In this document: positions 1-8,500 of the stretch, piece by piece
Position numbering within the stretch: the stretch's first letter is position 1
Layout of the letters: each line of letters opens with the position of its first letter
Assembly: GCA_041640455.1 (NCBI GenBank)
Contig: JBEQAF010000056.1
Location: forward strand, 1 to 14,468
Length of the DNA stretch: 14,468 bases
Origin: a bacterium
GTDB lineage: Bacteria > CALINM01
Direction: 5' to 3'
Position numbers and translations under genes: made by a program
The notes under the pieces: generated by a model
What the model was told of the DNA's origin: nothing
What the model saw: the letters and a program-made list of their open reading frames with translations, nothing else
The model's database searches: none

Positions 1-948
1 CTAATATTTTCTATAAAGACCGATGGCTTTGTGGACGGCAAAGGGACTATCAAGAATGACAGGTTCTATTTCACCTCTTTTGATGGACATGCTTATGAGG
101 CTAATCTGAAAAGCTATGATGTTAGAAAATTCAGTATGGATGATTTTTCCGATGTTAGTCCTCTCGTATATGAAGACAGGCTTTTTTATCAGAACTGGAA
201 TGGTAAGATAGCTGCCATAGACCTTAAAAGCTCTGAAAAAATATTTGAGACAGTATTTGATAAATCTCCAAAGGATGATCATAGAAATCCATCACCGGTT
301 TTATATGAAGAAAAAGCCATTTTTTTAAGCCCTGGTGGCAGTCTGATTGTAGTTGATGTGAAAAGGCTTAAGGAGATTTTCAGAACAAAGCTTGAAGGAG
401 AGTTCAGGGCAACACCTCTAATATTTTCGGATAAGCTTTATATCCCTTCGGTAGACGGAGCGGTTTATAAAATGGAGCTAAATAACTATAACCTCACAAA
501 AATTAATCTTGATGAATCCTTTTACTCTTCTCCTGTGAATTATAAAAATATGATTGTTATGGCAGGCAAAGGCGGAAAAATTTTTTTCCTGGATGAGAAA
601 ATGATGCCTATTAAAACTATTGATACAGAGAGAGCTTTCAGGTATCAGAGCCCAGCGGTCTATAAGGATGGTCTTATTATTGCCTCTCTTGATGGCTATA
701 TTATCGAGTTTAATGAACACAAAATAATTGCTGAAAAAAGGCTGGAAGATATATTTACATCAACCCCTGTGATATACAGAGATTTTGCTGTTTTGACAAG
801 CTTTTATGGAAATATTTATTTTTACAACCAGCAAAAACAGATTAAGATAGAAAATCTCGGAGAGATACAGTTTATGCCGGCAGTTTACAAAGATATTATA
901 ATTGTCGGAAGCCGGGCAAACAGACTATATGGTATCAAAATCTGGTAA
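1..948 (+). CDS. PQQ-like / BamB-like beta-propeller repeat protein (5'-partial; frame is open from position 1)
   Basis: The frame is open upstream of the GTG at 31 (LIFSIKTDGFVDGKG...). It has about 8 repeats of roughly 38-45 aa with the [ST]PxxxxDxxxx blade motif: SPLVYEDRLF, SPVLYEEKAIF, TPLIFSDKLYI, SPVNYKNMIVM, SPAVYKDGLII, TPVIYRDFAVL, MPAVYKDIIIV. Most are followed by a DG/GG/YG turn. Stop is TAA at 946-948. Confidence 0.85.
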   Translation, partial: LIFSIKTDGFVDGKGTIKNDRFYFTSFDGHAYEANLKSYDVRKFSMDDFSDVSPLVYEDRLFYQNWNGKIAAIDLKSSEKIFETVFDKSPKDDHRNPSPVLYEEKAIFLSPGGSLIVVDVKRLKEIFRTKLEGEFRATPLIFSDKLYIPSVDGAVYKMELNNYNLTKINLDESFYSSPVNYKNMIVMAGKGGKIFFLDEKMMPIKTIDTERAFRYQSPAVYKDGLIIASLDGYIIEFNEHKIIAEKRLEDIFTSTPVIYRDFAVLTSFYGNIYFYNQQKQIKIENLGEIQFMPAVYKDIIIVGSRANRLYGIKIW

Positions 949-3301
949 AGAAAAGTTTCTCATTATATTTTTTGTCTCCTTTTCTGCATTCACTTTTGAG
1001 CTTTTGCTTACCCGTATATTTTCGGTGCTTATGTGGTATCATTTTGCATCACTGGCTATAGGAGTTGCCATGCTGGGACTCGGAGGAGGCGGTGTATTAT
1101 CCTTTCTAATAAAAGATCGTTTAGATGAAAAGATTATAGATAGAGCCATATATTTATATCTTGTTACATTTCTTTTTATTCATGGATTCTTTTTCTATTT
1201 TAATAGTTATCCTGAAAAGATTGTGCCCTTTCTAACCTTTTTCCATCAGCCATATTTTCAGCCCTTTCAGAGAGGTGTCTATTTTTCATTCAGTTTATAT
1301 ACCGCTCTGGGGATACTATTTGCCTATCTAATAATTACAGTTCCCTTTTTCATAGCAGGATTTATTATATCGGGAATTTTTAAGCTTAATGTGCAGGAAA
1401 CTAAAAGGCTTTATTATTTTGATCTTCTGGGCGCATCGGCTTCAGCGTTTTGTGTGGCAGTTATTCTTAACTATCTGAGTCCGCTAACTCTTCTTTCACT
1501 CATATCCTTTCTTGGCTTTCTGATTCTTATGGTTTTCAGGAAAGGTAGTCCTTTCAGATATCTTTTCGTTTTTATAGCCCTTACTTTTGTTATCCTGAGT
1601 GTAGGGTTTAAAAAGGACGAGATAAGAATCGCCAGAGGAAAGGTAGCCACCGATATTATCTGGTCAGACTGGAACACCTTTTCAAGAGTGATAGTTTATA
1701 ACCTTAAAGGTGAAGAATGGTCTAATCCCTTTGGACAGAGTAAGTATTATGAAGGAGAGGTACCTAAACAATGGGGCATTCTTGTAGACGATACGGGCTA
1801 TACGGTGGCTTCCGAGTATGGAGAGAAATATTTTGAATTTTTCAAGTGGAATATTATCTCTCTCCCTTATCTTTTGAATAATAAAAGCTCCCTTATTATA
1901 GGTCCCGGTGGTGGTAAAGATATTCTCTGTGCCCTGTCTATGGGTGTAAAACCAGAAAACATTACAGCCGTTGAGTTAAATCGGCTGGTTGTTCATGCAG
2001 TTGATAAAGTGCTTGGTAAGGAAACGGGTAGTTTATATAGCCGGGTTAATACCCATGTGGCTGAAGGTAGGAGCTTTCTTGAAAAAAACAAGGGTAGCAA
2101 AAAATATGATGTTATTCAGGCAACCTCTGTTTATGGCAGAATACCACCTGCAGCAGGTATATTTACCTTTGCAGAGGATAACCTTTATACAAAAGAGGCT
2201 TTTAAAACTTACTTTTTATCACTAAAAGATGGTGGACTGCTTTCTTTGTCAAGGTTTATCTATGAACAGGCAATCCCCAAGATGGTACTGCTATCGGTTG
2301 AGTCTTTGAAGGAGCTGGGCTATGGTGAGTTAAAAAATTCTATCTTTATTGCCAGAGAAAGGGGGCTTGCCATGGTGCTGGCAAAAAAGGGAGTTTTTAC
2401 AAAAGATGAAATTGACAGTCTTGTAAAATATTGCGATGAAAAGGGTTTTGATATACTTTATGCGCCCTATAATACCCATGAAGGAGTCTATAAGGATCTT
2501 ATAGAGAAAGGTAGCAGTTCAACATTAATTCCCACCGATGACAGACCCTTTTACTATTACAATCTTTCAAAGGGAGATTTTCTGAAAAGTTTTTTTATGC
2601 AGAACGACAGGTTTGAGGAAAAGGGGGTTGAGGTACTAAAGTTTTTTATATTGGTGAGCCTGCTTTTTATATTTTTTATACTCTTTTTGCCTCTAATATT
2701 TAAAAACAGGATAGAGAGATGGTCTTTATCTATCTTTCAGCAGATTATGATGGGTTTGTATTTTTTCTCAATAGGCGTTGGTTATATACTGGTAGAGATA
2801 GTTTTTATAAAATCTTTCTCCCTTTTTCTTGAAACTCCCATGTATTCCATGATCTTTGTAACCGGCGCCATACTTTTGTCATCGGCGCTTGGTGCCCTCT
2901 ATTCAGAGAGAATAGGCTCTTCAATAAGAATGATAAAATTATTTATGGCATTGATATTGCTTTTATTTTTTATGGTTTTTATAATTAACAGGGCTAATGA
3001 ATATCTGCATCTTAATCTGTTTTTAAAGGCTTTAATCTCAATTACCTTTGTGGGTATAGCAGGTTTCTTTATGGGCATGCCGTTCCCTTATATGCTGTAT
3101 GTTACAGGAAAAAAAGAGCCCAATCTGGTACCATGGGCTATTGCTATTAACAGTGGAGCCTCTGTGCTGGGGAGCTTTCTCTGTCTAATTATGGTAGTTA
3201 ACGTGGGCTTTAAAAACTCCTTTTATATGGGAGCCTTTTTATATCTGATTGCCTTTATAATTCTTTTAATATTTTCAAAAAGTTATGAAAAGGATATTTA
3301 A
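929..3301 (+). CDS. Polytopic membrane protein with central spermidine-synthase-like class I SAM-binding domain
   Basis: The N-terminal TM block has FELLLTRIFS...WYHF, AMLGLGGGG and LYYFDLLGA. The central domain has LIIGPGGGKD, AVELN, EGRSFL, YDVIQ, NLYTKEAF and PTDDRPF. The C-terminal TM block has GVGYILVEI, GFFMGMPFP and WAIAINSGASVLG. ATG 929 is preferred over the track's TTG 902 because it gives a smaller overlap. Confidence 0.85.
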   Translation: MVSKSGKEKFLIIFFVSFSAFTFELLLTRIFSVLMWYHFASLAIGVAMLGLGGGGVLSFLIKDRLDEKIIDRAIYLYLVTFLFIHGFFFYFNSYPEKIVPFLTFFHQPYFQPFQRGVYFSFSLYTALGILFAYLIITVPFFIAGFIISGIFKLNVQETKRLYYFDLLGASASAFCVAVILNYLSPLTLLSLISFLGFLILMVFRKGSPFRYLFVFIALTFVILSVGFKKDEIRIARGKVATDIIWSDWNTFSRVIVYNLKGEEWSNPFGQSKYYEGEVPKQWGILVDDTGYTVASEYGEKYFEFFKWNIISLPYLLNNKSSLIIGPGGGKDILCALSMGVKPENITAVELNRLVVHAVDKVLGKETGSLYSRVNTHVAEGRSFLEKNKGSKKYDVIQATSVYGRIPPAAGIFTFAEDNLYTKEAFKTYFLSLKDGGLLSLSRFIYEQAIPKMVLLSVESLKELGYGELKNSIFIARERGLAMVLAKKGVFTKDEIDSLVKYCDEKGFDILYAPYNTHEGVYKDLIEKGSSSTLIPTDDRPFYYYNLSKGDFLKSFFMQNDRFEEKGVEVLKFFILVSLLFIFFILFLPLIFKNRIERWSLSIFQQIMMGLYFFSIGVGYILVEIVFIKSFSLFLETPMYSMIFVTGAILLSSALGALYSERIGSSIRMIKLFMALILLLFFMVFIINRANEYLHLNLFLKALISITFVGIAGFFMGMPFPYMLYVTGKKEPNLVPWAIAINSGASVLGSFLCLIMVVNVGFKNSFYMGAFLYLIAFIILLIFSKSYEKDI

Positions 3302-4325
3302 TCTTATTTTGCTCATTTTAATATTCTTCTCCTGTGGGAAGGATGAGTTTACAGTGAGAGGAAGACTGCTATATAAAGATAAACCTCTTGCTGATGCTGA
3401 GGTGTCTGTTTATCTTAAATATGAGAAAGATAAAGATAAGCCGCCGGTCAGGGTAGTGGCTACCAACGACAGGGGAGAGTTTGAGGTTAGGCTAAAAAAG
3501 GGCAGATATTTTTTAACTGGAAAGAAAAGGCTTGAAGAGTTGGGTGAAATAAATATGCTTACGGGTAACTATTCCGATAAAGCGCTCGAAGTTAATAAAG
3601 ATCTGGTGTTGAATGACTGGACACTTCATTCCAAAAAAGATAAAGAAGAGTTTAAAAAAGGAATGGGAGTTAAGGGCGTTGTAAAGGATTTCAAAGATTA
3701 TAGAAAGGTCAGGGTTTATGTCTACACTGATAGAAAAAGTGGGCTAAGAGGACCAGATTATATAGCTTATGCAAAGATAACAAAGGATGGCTCTTTTAAG
3801 ATTGACCTTAAGGAGGGCAGTTTTTATATATCTGTGAGAGAGAGAATGGGTGGTTTTGTAGGACCACTCAGGGAGGGCGACAGGTCTGCTGAATATGGGG
3901 CAAATCCTATCAGAGTATCCGAAGGGTATGCTGATCTGGGTATAATAGCTCTTAAGAACCTTGACAACAGAAAGCTTGCAGAGCTGAAAAATGCTGGATA
4001 TTTTAAGGAAGGTACTGCTGAAGTTTACGGGACTATTGTGGATGAAGAGGGTAAACCATTGAAAAACGTATATGTTTTAGCATATAAAGATCATGAGATG
4101 GTGGGCAGGCCTGTTACAATCTCCATACCATCCGGGGCAGATGGAAGATTTACACTAAAGCTGCCTGAAGAAGGAAAATACTATATTGGAGCCCGCACAA
4201 AGATAGGTGGTCCCGCAGAGCCTGGCGAAAGGATAGGATCTATAAAAGGTAGTGTTGATAAGTCTTTAACTGTTAAAGCGGGAGAGAGAAAAAAGGTGAT
4301 AATAGAGGCAAGGGAGATATGGTAA
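3285..4325 (+). CDS. Putative lipoprotein with three carboxypeptidase-regulatory-like (transthyretin-like beta-sandwich) domains
   Basis: Signal MKRIFNLILLILIFFS-C with Cys codon at 3333. Three repeats of G-x-[LV]...P-[LV]-x-x-x-x-V-x-x-Y...T/S-x-x-x-G-x-F-x-x-x-L-x-x-G-x-Y. Confidence 0.8.
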   Translation: MKRIFNLILLILIFFSCGKDEFTVRGRLLYKDKPLADAEVSVYLKYEKDKDKPPVRVVATNDRGEFEVRLKKGRYFLTGKKRLEELGEINMLTGNYSDKALEVNKDLVLNDWTLHSKKDKEEFKKGMGVKGVVKDFKDYRKVRVYVYTDRKSGLRGPDYIAYAKITKDGSFKIDLKEGSFYISVRERMGGFVGPLREGDRSAEYGANPIRVSEGYADLGIIALKNLDNRKLAELKNAGYFKEGTAEVYGTIVDEEGKPLKNVYVLAYKDHEMVGRPVTISIPSGADGRFTLKLPEEGKYYIGARTKIGGPAEPGERIGSIKGSVDKSLTVKAGERKKVIIEAREIW

Positions 4326-5359
4326 GAAAGATTTTTTTTCTGTTTTTATTAATATTTTTGATTAGTTCTGAGGGATATTCGGAAGATTTGGGAACCGTTA
4401 AAGGCAGAGTTGCCTATAAGGGAGAGGTTATAGAAAATGTTTCTATTCTGGTCTTCAGGGAGAAAGATGATACAAATCTTACCAAGCCCGATATGATAGG
4501 CGCCAGAACTGCCATAGACGGTACCTATGAGTTTAAACTGACACCGGGAAGGTATTATCTTGTTGCACTAAAAAAGATGAAAGATGATGGCAGTTTTATC
4601 CCATCTCCTGGAGATTATTATTGTTTTTACAGCGGTGCTCCTGTTGAAGTGGTGTCAAATGGCATAAGCTACGTGGGGTTTAATCTAATTAAGGTTGAAA
4701 AAGGAGGGGTAGATAAAAAAACTGCCAGAGAAGGCGGCATTTATGGAAAAATTACCTTTGAAGGTAAGCCCATTGAAAAATCCTATCTTTACGTTTATAA
4801 GGATCTAAAAACAGGGTTAAGAGGTCCTGCTTATCTGGTTTATCCATCCCGAGATGGCAGCTTTACTCTCAATCTTCCTGAAGGAAGATATTATATTATT
4901 GCAAGGAAAAGGGCGAAAGGCGGCATGTATGGTCCCATAGAGGAGGGGGATCTATTTAACTTTTATTATGGCAATCCTGTGATGGTTAAAAAAGGGGTTA
5001 TGAAAAATGTAAACATAGAATGTGTAAAAAGATTAAGTCAGCTTGAAGAAGGGGTTGGTTTTTCTGAACTTACAGGATATGTAAAGGATAATAAAGGCAA
5101 GCCTGTTCAGGGATTATTCGTGCTACTTTATCAGAATAAAAATATGCAGGGTAAACCTCTTTATATCTCTTCTCGAACCGATAGGGAAGGGAAATTTTCT
5201 ATCAGAATCCCTCGAGGTGAGTATTTTATTCTTGCGAGAGAGAACATAGGTGGACCACCAAATATGGGCGAATGGTACGGCAAGTTTAAAGAGCCTGTTA
5301 ATGTTAAAGACCAGGAAAAGATTGAAAATATTAATATTTTAGTGGAGAAGAGGAGATGA
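4319..5359 (+). CDS. Exported protein with three carboxypeptidase-regulatory-like domains (paralog of 3285..4325)
   Basis: Hydrophobic signal peptide. Repeats TAIDGTYEFKLTPGRYY, SRDGSFTLNLPEGRYY and TDREGKFSIRIPRGEYF. Shares GLRGP and GGP...GE motifs with the upstream gene and has the same length (346 aa). GGGAG precedes the ATG. Confidence 0.82.
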   Translation: MVRKIFFLFLLIFLISSEGYSEDLGTVKGRVAYKGEVIENVSILVFREKDDTNLTKPDMIGARTAIDGTYEFKLTPGRYYLVALKKMKDDGSFIPSPGDYYCFYSGAPVEVVSNGISYVGFNLIKVEKGGVDKKTAREGGIYGKITFEGKPIEKSYLYVYKDLKTGLRGPAYLVYPSRDGSFTLNLPEGRYYIIARKRAKGGMYGPIEEGDLFNFYYGNPVMVKKGVMKNVNIECVKRLSQLEEGVGFSELTGYVKDNKGKPVQGLFVLLYQNKNMQGKPLYISSRTDREGKFSIRIPRGEYFILARENIGGPPNMGEWYGKFKEPVNVKDQEKIENINILVEKRR

Positions 5360-6654
5360 AAAAAAGGCTAATACTGATAATTCTTTCAGTTTTAACAATC
5401 ACATCAGGACTGTATGCCCAGACAGTGCTGGAAGGAAAAATATTGGTGGAAGGCAAAAAAGAGTATAAAGATTCAGTGGTCATTAAACCCGATACAATCT
5501 TTACCTTAACCAGAGATGGAGAGCTAATATTCAGAGGGAATATAAGAACCGAAAATGGTCAGAAAGGTTATGTAAAATTTAAAGGTGCTGAAAATAGCAG
5601 GATCAGATTTTTTAACGCAGAGGTTAAACTTACCAATGTAGCTTTTGAAAATTTGGATATGATTGAATTCTCAGAAAGTATGATCAATCTTAAAAATGTT
5701 ACTCTCGAAAAAGGAAAGGTAGCACTGAAGGTCACAAAAAATACATCTGGAAATATAGAAAACCTTACCATTAAGGACTCCGAGATAGGGTTTGTTGCAG
5801 AGCTCAAAGCAAAGGTATTTATTACAAACGGTAGTTTTTTCAACAACAAAACTGCCTTTGTAGCAGATCAGTCCGGTGTTGCAGAGATTAAAAATGTGAA
5901 TTTTTACAAAAATAGTATAGGGCTGGTTATAAGTCAGGATGGTGGTGTTAGACTATTTAATTCAAACATTTATGACAACGAGACAGGCATATTTGTGACC
6001 AAGCATGTGGGTAGTATAATTCAGGAAAATAATTTTAAAAACAATAAGATAGGTATATTTGCTGAGTATATGACCAATATTGGTATTGAAAAAAATCAGT
6101 TCACAAAAAATGAGATGGGAATAAAATTCTTTCAGCTTGTTACGGGTCGGATAAAAGGAAACAGCTTTACAAAAAACAAACAGGCAATTTATATAGAAAG
6201 AAAATGCAATCCCGATATTAGATACAACAATTTCTCTGAAAATGAGGTGGGCATATTCTGTGATTTTTCCTGCTATCCCACGATTACTCTCAATAATTTT
6301 CTGAATAATCAGCTACACATAAAGCTTGGTATATATCAGTCGGCTGATTTTGAAAATCGAGCTGGATCACTTGGTACACAGCTTCAGGAGATGGCTTCTC
6401 AGCAAAGCAAAAGGGTAACTCCAGCAGATCAAAAGAAAAAAAGATATGTGGGGGAGCTCTTTGCCAAAAAAAACTACTGGGATGATAAAACCAGAGACGA
6501 GATGGATAAAAAAGAGAACATATCAACCCTTTATGATGGGCATGATATGAAAGAAATAGCTTATGAAGGTTTTGGCGATGAAAAGTATAAGATTGATGTA
6601 ATTGTATGGGAGCCCTATCTAAAAGAGAAAATAAATATTGATAAAGGCAAATGA
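5356..6654 (+). CDS. Exported right-handed parallel beta-helix (NosD/pectin-lyase-like) protein
   Basis: Signal peptide ending LYA-Q. Many ~22-aa coils of the N-x-[FI]-x-x-N-x-x-G-I type (NFYKNSIGL, NIYDNETGIF, NNFKNNKIGIF, NQFTKNEMGI, NNFSENEVGIF). C-terminal NYWD. ATGA overlaps at both ends. Confidence 0.85.
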   Translation: MKKRLILIILSVLTITSGLYAQTVLEGKILVEGKKEYKDSVVIKPDTIFTLTRDGELIFRGNIRTENGQKGYVKFKGAENSRIRFFNAEVKLTNVAFENLDMIEFSESMINLKNVTLEKGKVALKVTKNTSGNIENLTIKDSEIGFVAELKAKVFITNGSFFNNKTAFVADQSGVAEIKNVNFYKNSIGLVISQDGGVRLFNSNIYDNETGIFVTKHVGSIIQENNFKNNKIGIFAEYMTNIGIEKNQFTKNEMGIKFFQLVTGRIKGNSFTKNKQAIYIERKCNPDIRYNNFSENEVGIFCDFSCYPTITLNNFLNNQLHIKLGIYQSADFENRAGSLGTQLQEMASQQSKRVTPADQKKKRYVGELFAKKNYWDDKTRDEMDKKENISTLYDGHDMKEIAYEGFGDEKYKIDVIVWEPYLKEKINIDKGK

Positions 6655-7667
6655 AAAAGCTCTTTCTTATCATATCTCTTTTTTTCTCGGTTAATTGTTT
6701 TGCATTAGAGCCCGTTACATTAAAAGGCAGAGTGGTATTGGGCGAGGATGGGATTGAGCGCGCAAAGGTTACCATCAGAAATCTTAATTCAGGAGAGCTC
6801 CTATCGGTAAATACAGATCAGTAGGGGTATTTTGAGATAGAGCTTAGCCCTGATAGCTATTTTATTGAAGCAGAAGCATTGGTAGGAAAGAAAAATTATA
6901 GAGGTTTCACTGGGAAAAACCCAGTATTTATCAATTCAGATACCTATCTGGGGATAAAGCTCCTGCCTCCTTCAAAGGTTAAAATAACCAGGATTAAATC
7001 CCGAGATGTGGTGTTAAAAATCAGGGCACTTCAGGATGGCAAACCTGTAAATAATGCAAGAGCCTATCTATATCTTAGTGAAAAGGATATAAAGGGCATG
7101 CCTTATCTATATTCAGAGCCGTCAGATAATAAGGGGCAGATAAAAATAAGTGGTATTCTGCCTAACAGATATTTTATCCTTCTTAGAAAAAAGAAAAATT
7201 TATCTCCGCTCGGACCCATATCGGACGGTGATCTGATAGGTTTTTACAGTGGCAGATATCTTGATCTTAAAGAAGGAATGCAGTACAGTCTTGATATTCA
7301 TATGTTTGTAAAAGCTCAGGATGATATTACAAAACCGCTGGATATTAAAGAAGGGTTTATTATAAGAGGTCGGGCACTGGATGAAAAAGATACGCCCATT
7401 CAGGGAGTTTATGCCTTTTTATATACCAGAAAAGAGATGGGGCATGAAAGACCTGTATCCATCTCAGCAAAAACTGGAAAGGATGGGATATTTGAGCTTA
7501 TAGTCCCCAGAACAGGTGTTTACTATCTGGGAGTTAGGGAGTTTTATGGTGGTACACCCGTGCAGGGAGAGTTATATGGTACCTATGATCTGACTTATGA
7601 CCATCATATAAAAGTATTTTCAAACATAACAGGTATCTCAATCAGGGTTAGAAGAATATTAAGATGA
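6651..7667 (+). CDS. Third carboxypeptidase-regulatory-like domain exported protein, interrupted by one in-frame TAG at 6822-6824 (read-through or pseudogene)
   Basis: ATG 6651 overlaps the upstream stop (ATGA) and reads MKKLFLIISLFFSVNCFALEPVTLKGRVVLGEDGIERAKVTIRNLNSGELLSVNTDQ*GYFEIELSPDSYFIEAEALVGKK. This joins the 6879..7667 ORF in the same frame. The full length would be 338 aa versus 346 aa for the paralogs. Confidence 0.78.
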
Positions 7668-8500
7668 GATCTCTGATCTTTCTTTTATCAATTTTTTTTC
7701 CAGTTTTAGTCTTTGCACAGGATATGAATGTTTACGAGATAAGGACCGAAGAGGTATGGGAAGGAGAAAAGCTAATCGAGGGAGTTGTAGCAGTTAGAAA
7801 AAGCGGAAAATTAACCATAAAGGCTGGTACAAAGGTTGTTTTTCTACCAGTAGATCTCGATAGAGATGGTATAGGTGATGGTGAGATATATGTGGAAGGG
7901 GAGCTCTATATTTTAGGAGAGAAGGATAGCCCCGTTATATTTACTGCAAAAGCAGAGAAGATTGAGCCATCGCTCTGGAAGTATCTTATGATTAATCATG
8001 CAAAATATGCGTTCATTAATTATGCAATCTTTGAGGGTGCATTCTCGGGAGTGCAGATTCATTTTACAAAGGCAGATGTAAAAAACTCGGTATTTCGGAA
8101 AAATATTGATGGATTCAGGTTTTCAACAGCTAATATTTATGTATGTAACTGCCTGATGACAGAGAATAAACATGGCATTCGTTATGAAGAAAGAGACTCA
8201 AGAGGCACGATTCATTTTAATGAGATAAAAAACAACGAGATTGGCATATTTCCTGTTATTAAATCTGAAAGCAGAGTGAGATTTGAGTATAACAATATTT
8301 ATGATAACGAGTATAATATCAAGATAGGGGATGAGCAGAAAAAGGATATAATATATTCTAATAACTACTTTGAGTTTTCAGAGGAGCAAAAGATTAGAAA
8401 AAAGATTTACGATAAAAGTAAAGACAAAAATCTGCCAAGTGCAATAATTAAGCCATTTTTGAATAAAAAAGTTAAATTAGGAGAGCATCGATGTCAGTAA
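7664..8500 (+). CDS. Exported right-handed parallel beta-helix protein
   Basis: Signal peptide ending VFA-Q. N-terminal WEG...I.G...V.KSGKLTIKAGTKV...VEGELYILG...PVIFT cap, followed by beta-helix coils (FRKNIDGF, TENKHGI, IKNNEIGIF, NNIYDNEYNI). Confidence 0.83.
   Translation: MRSLIFLLSIFFPVLVFAQDMNVYEIRTEEVWEGEKLIEGVVAVRKSGKLTIKAGTKVVFLPVDLDRDGIGDGEIYVEGELYILGEKDSPVIFTAKAEKIEPSLWKYLMINHAKYAFINYAIFEGAFSGVQIHFTKADVKNSVFRKNIDGFRFSTANIYVCNCLMTENKHGIRYEERDSRGTIHFNEIKNNEIGIFPVIKSESRVRFEYNNIYDNEYNIKIGDEQKKDIIYSNNYFEFSEEQKIRKKIYDKSKDKNLPSAIIKPFLNKKVKLGEHRCQ

Noticed and set aside
6817..6860. Possible read-through hairpin (PYLIS/SECIS-like) around the TAG
   Set aside because: Only short bulged pairings are visible (atcag/ctgat, agct/agct), as expected by chance. 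A folding computation would be needed, and such an element is not required for pyrrolysine insertion.
6879..7667. TTG-started 262-aa ORF as an independent gene
   Set aside because: It has no clear RBS or signal peptide, starts mid-domain, and leaves an in-frame upstream segment with a signal peptide unexplained.
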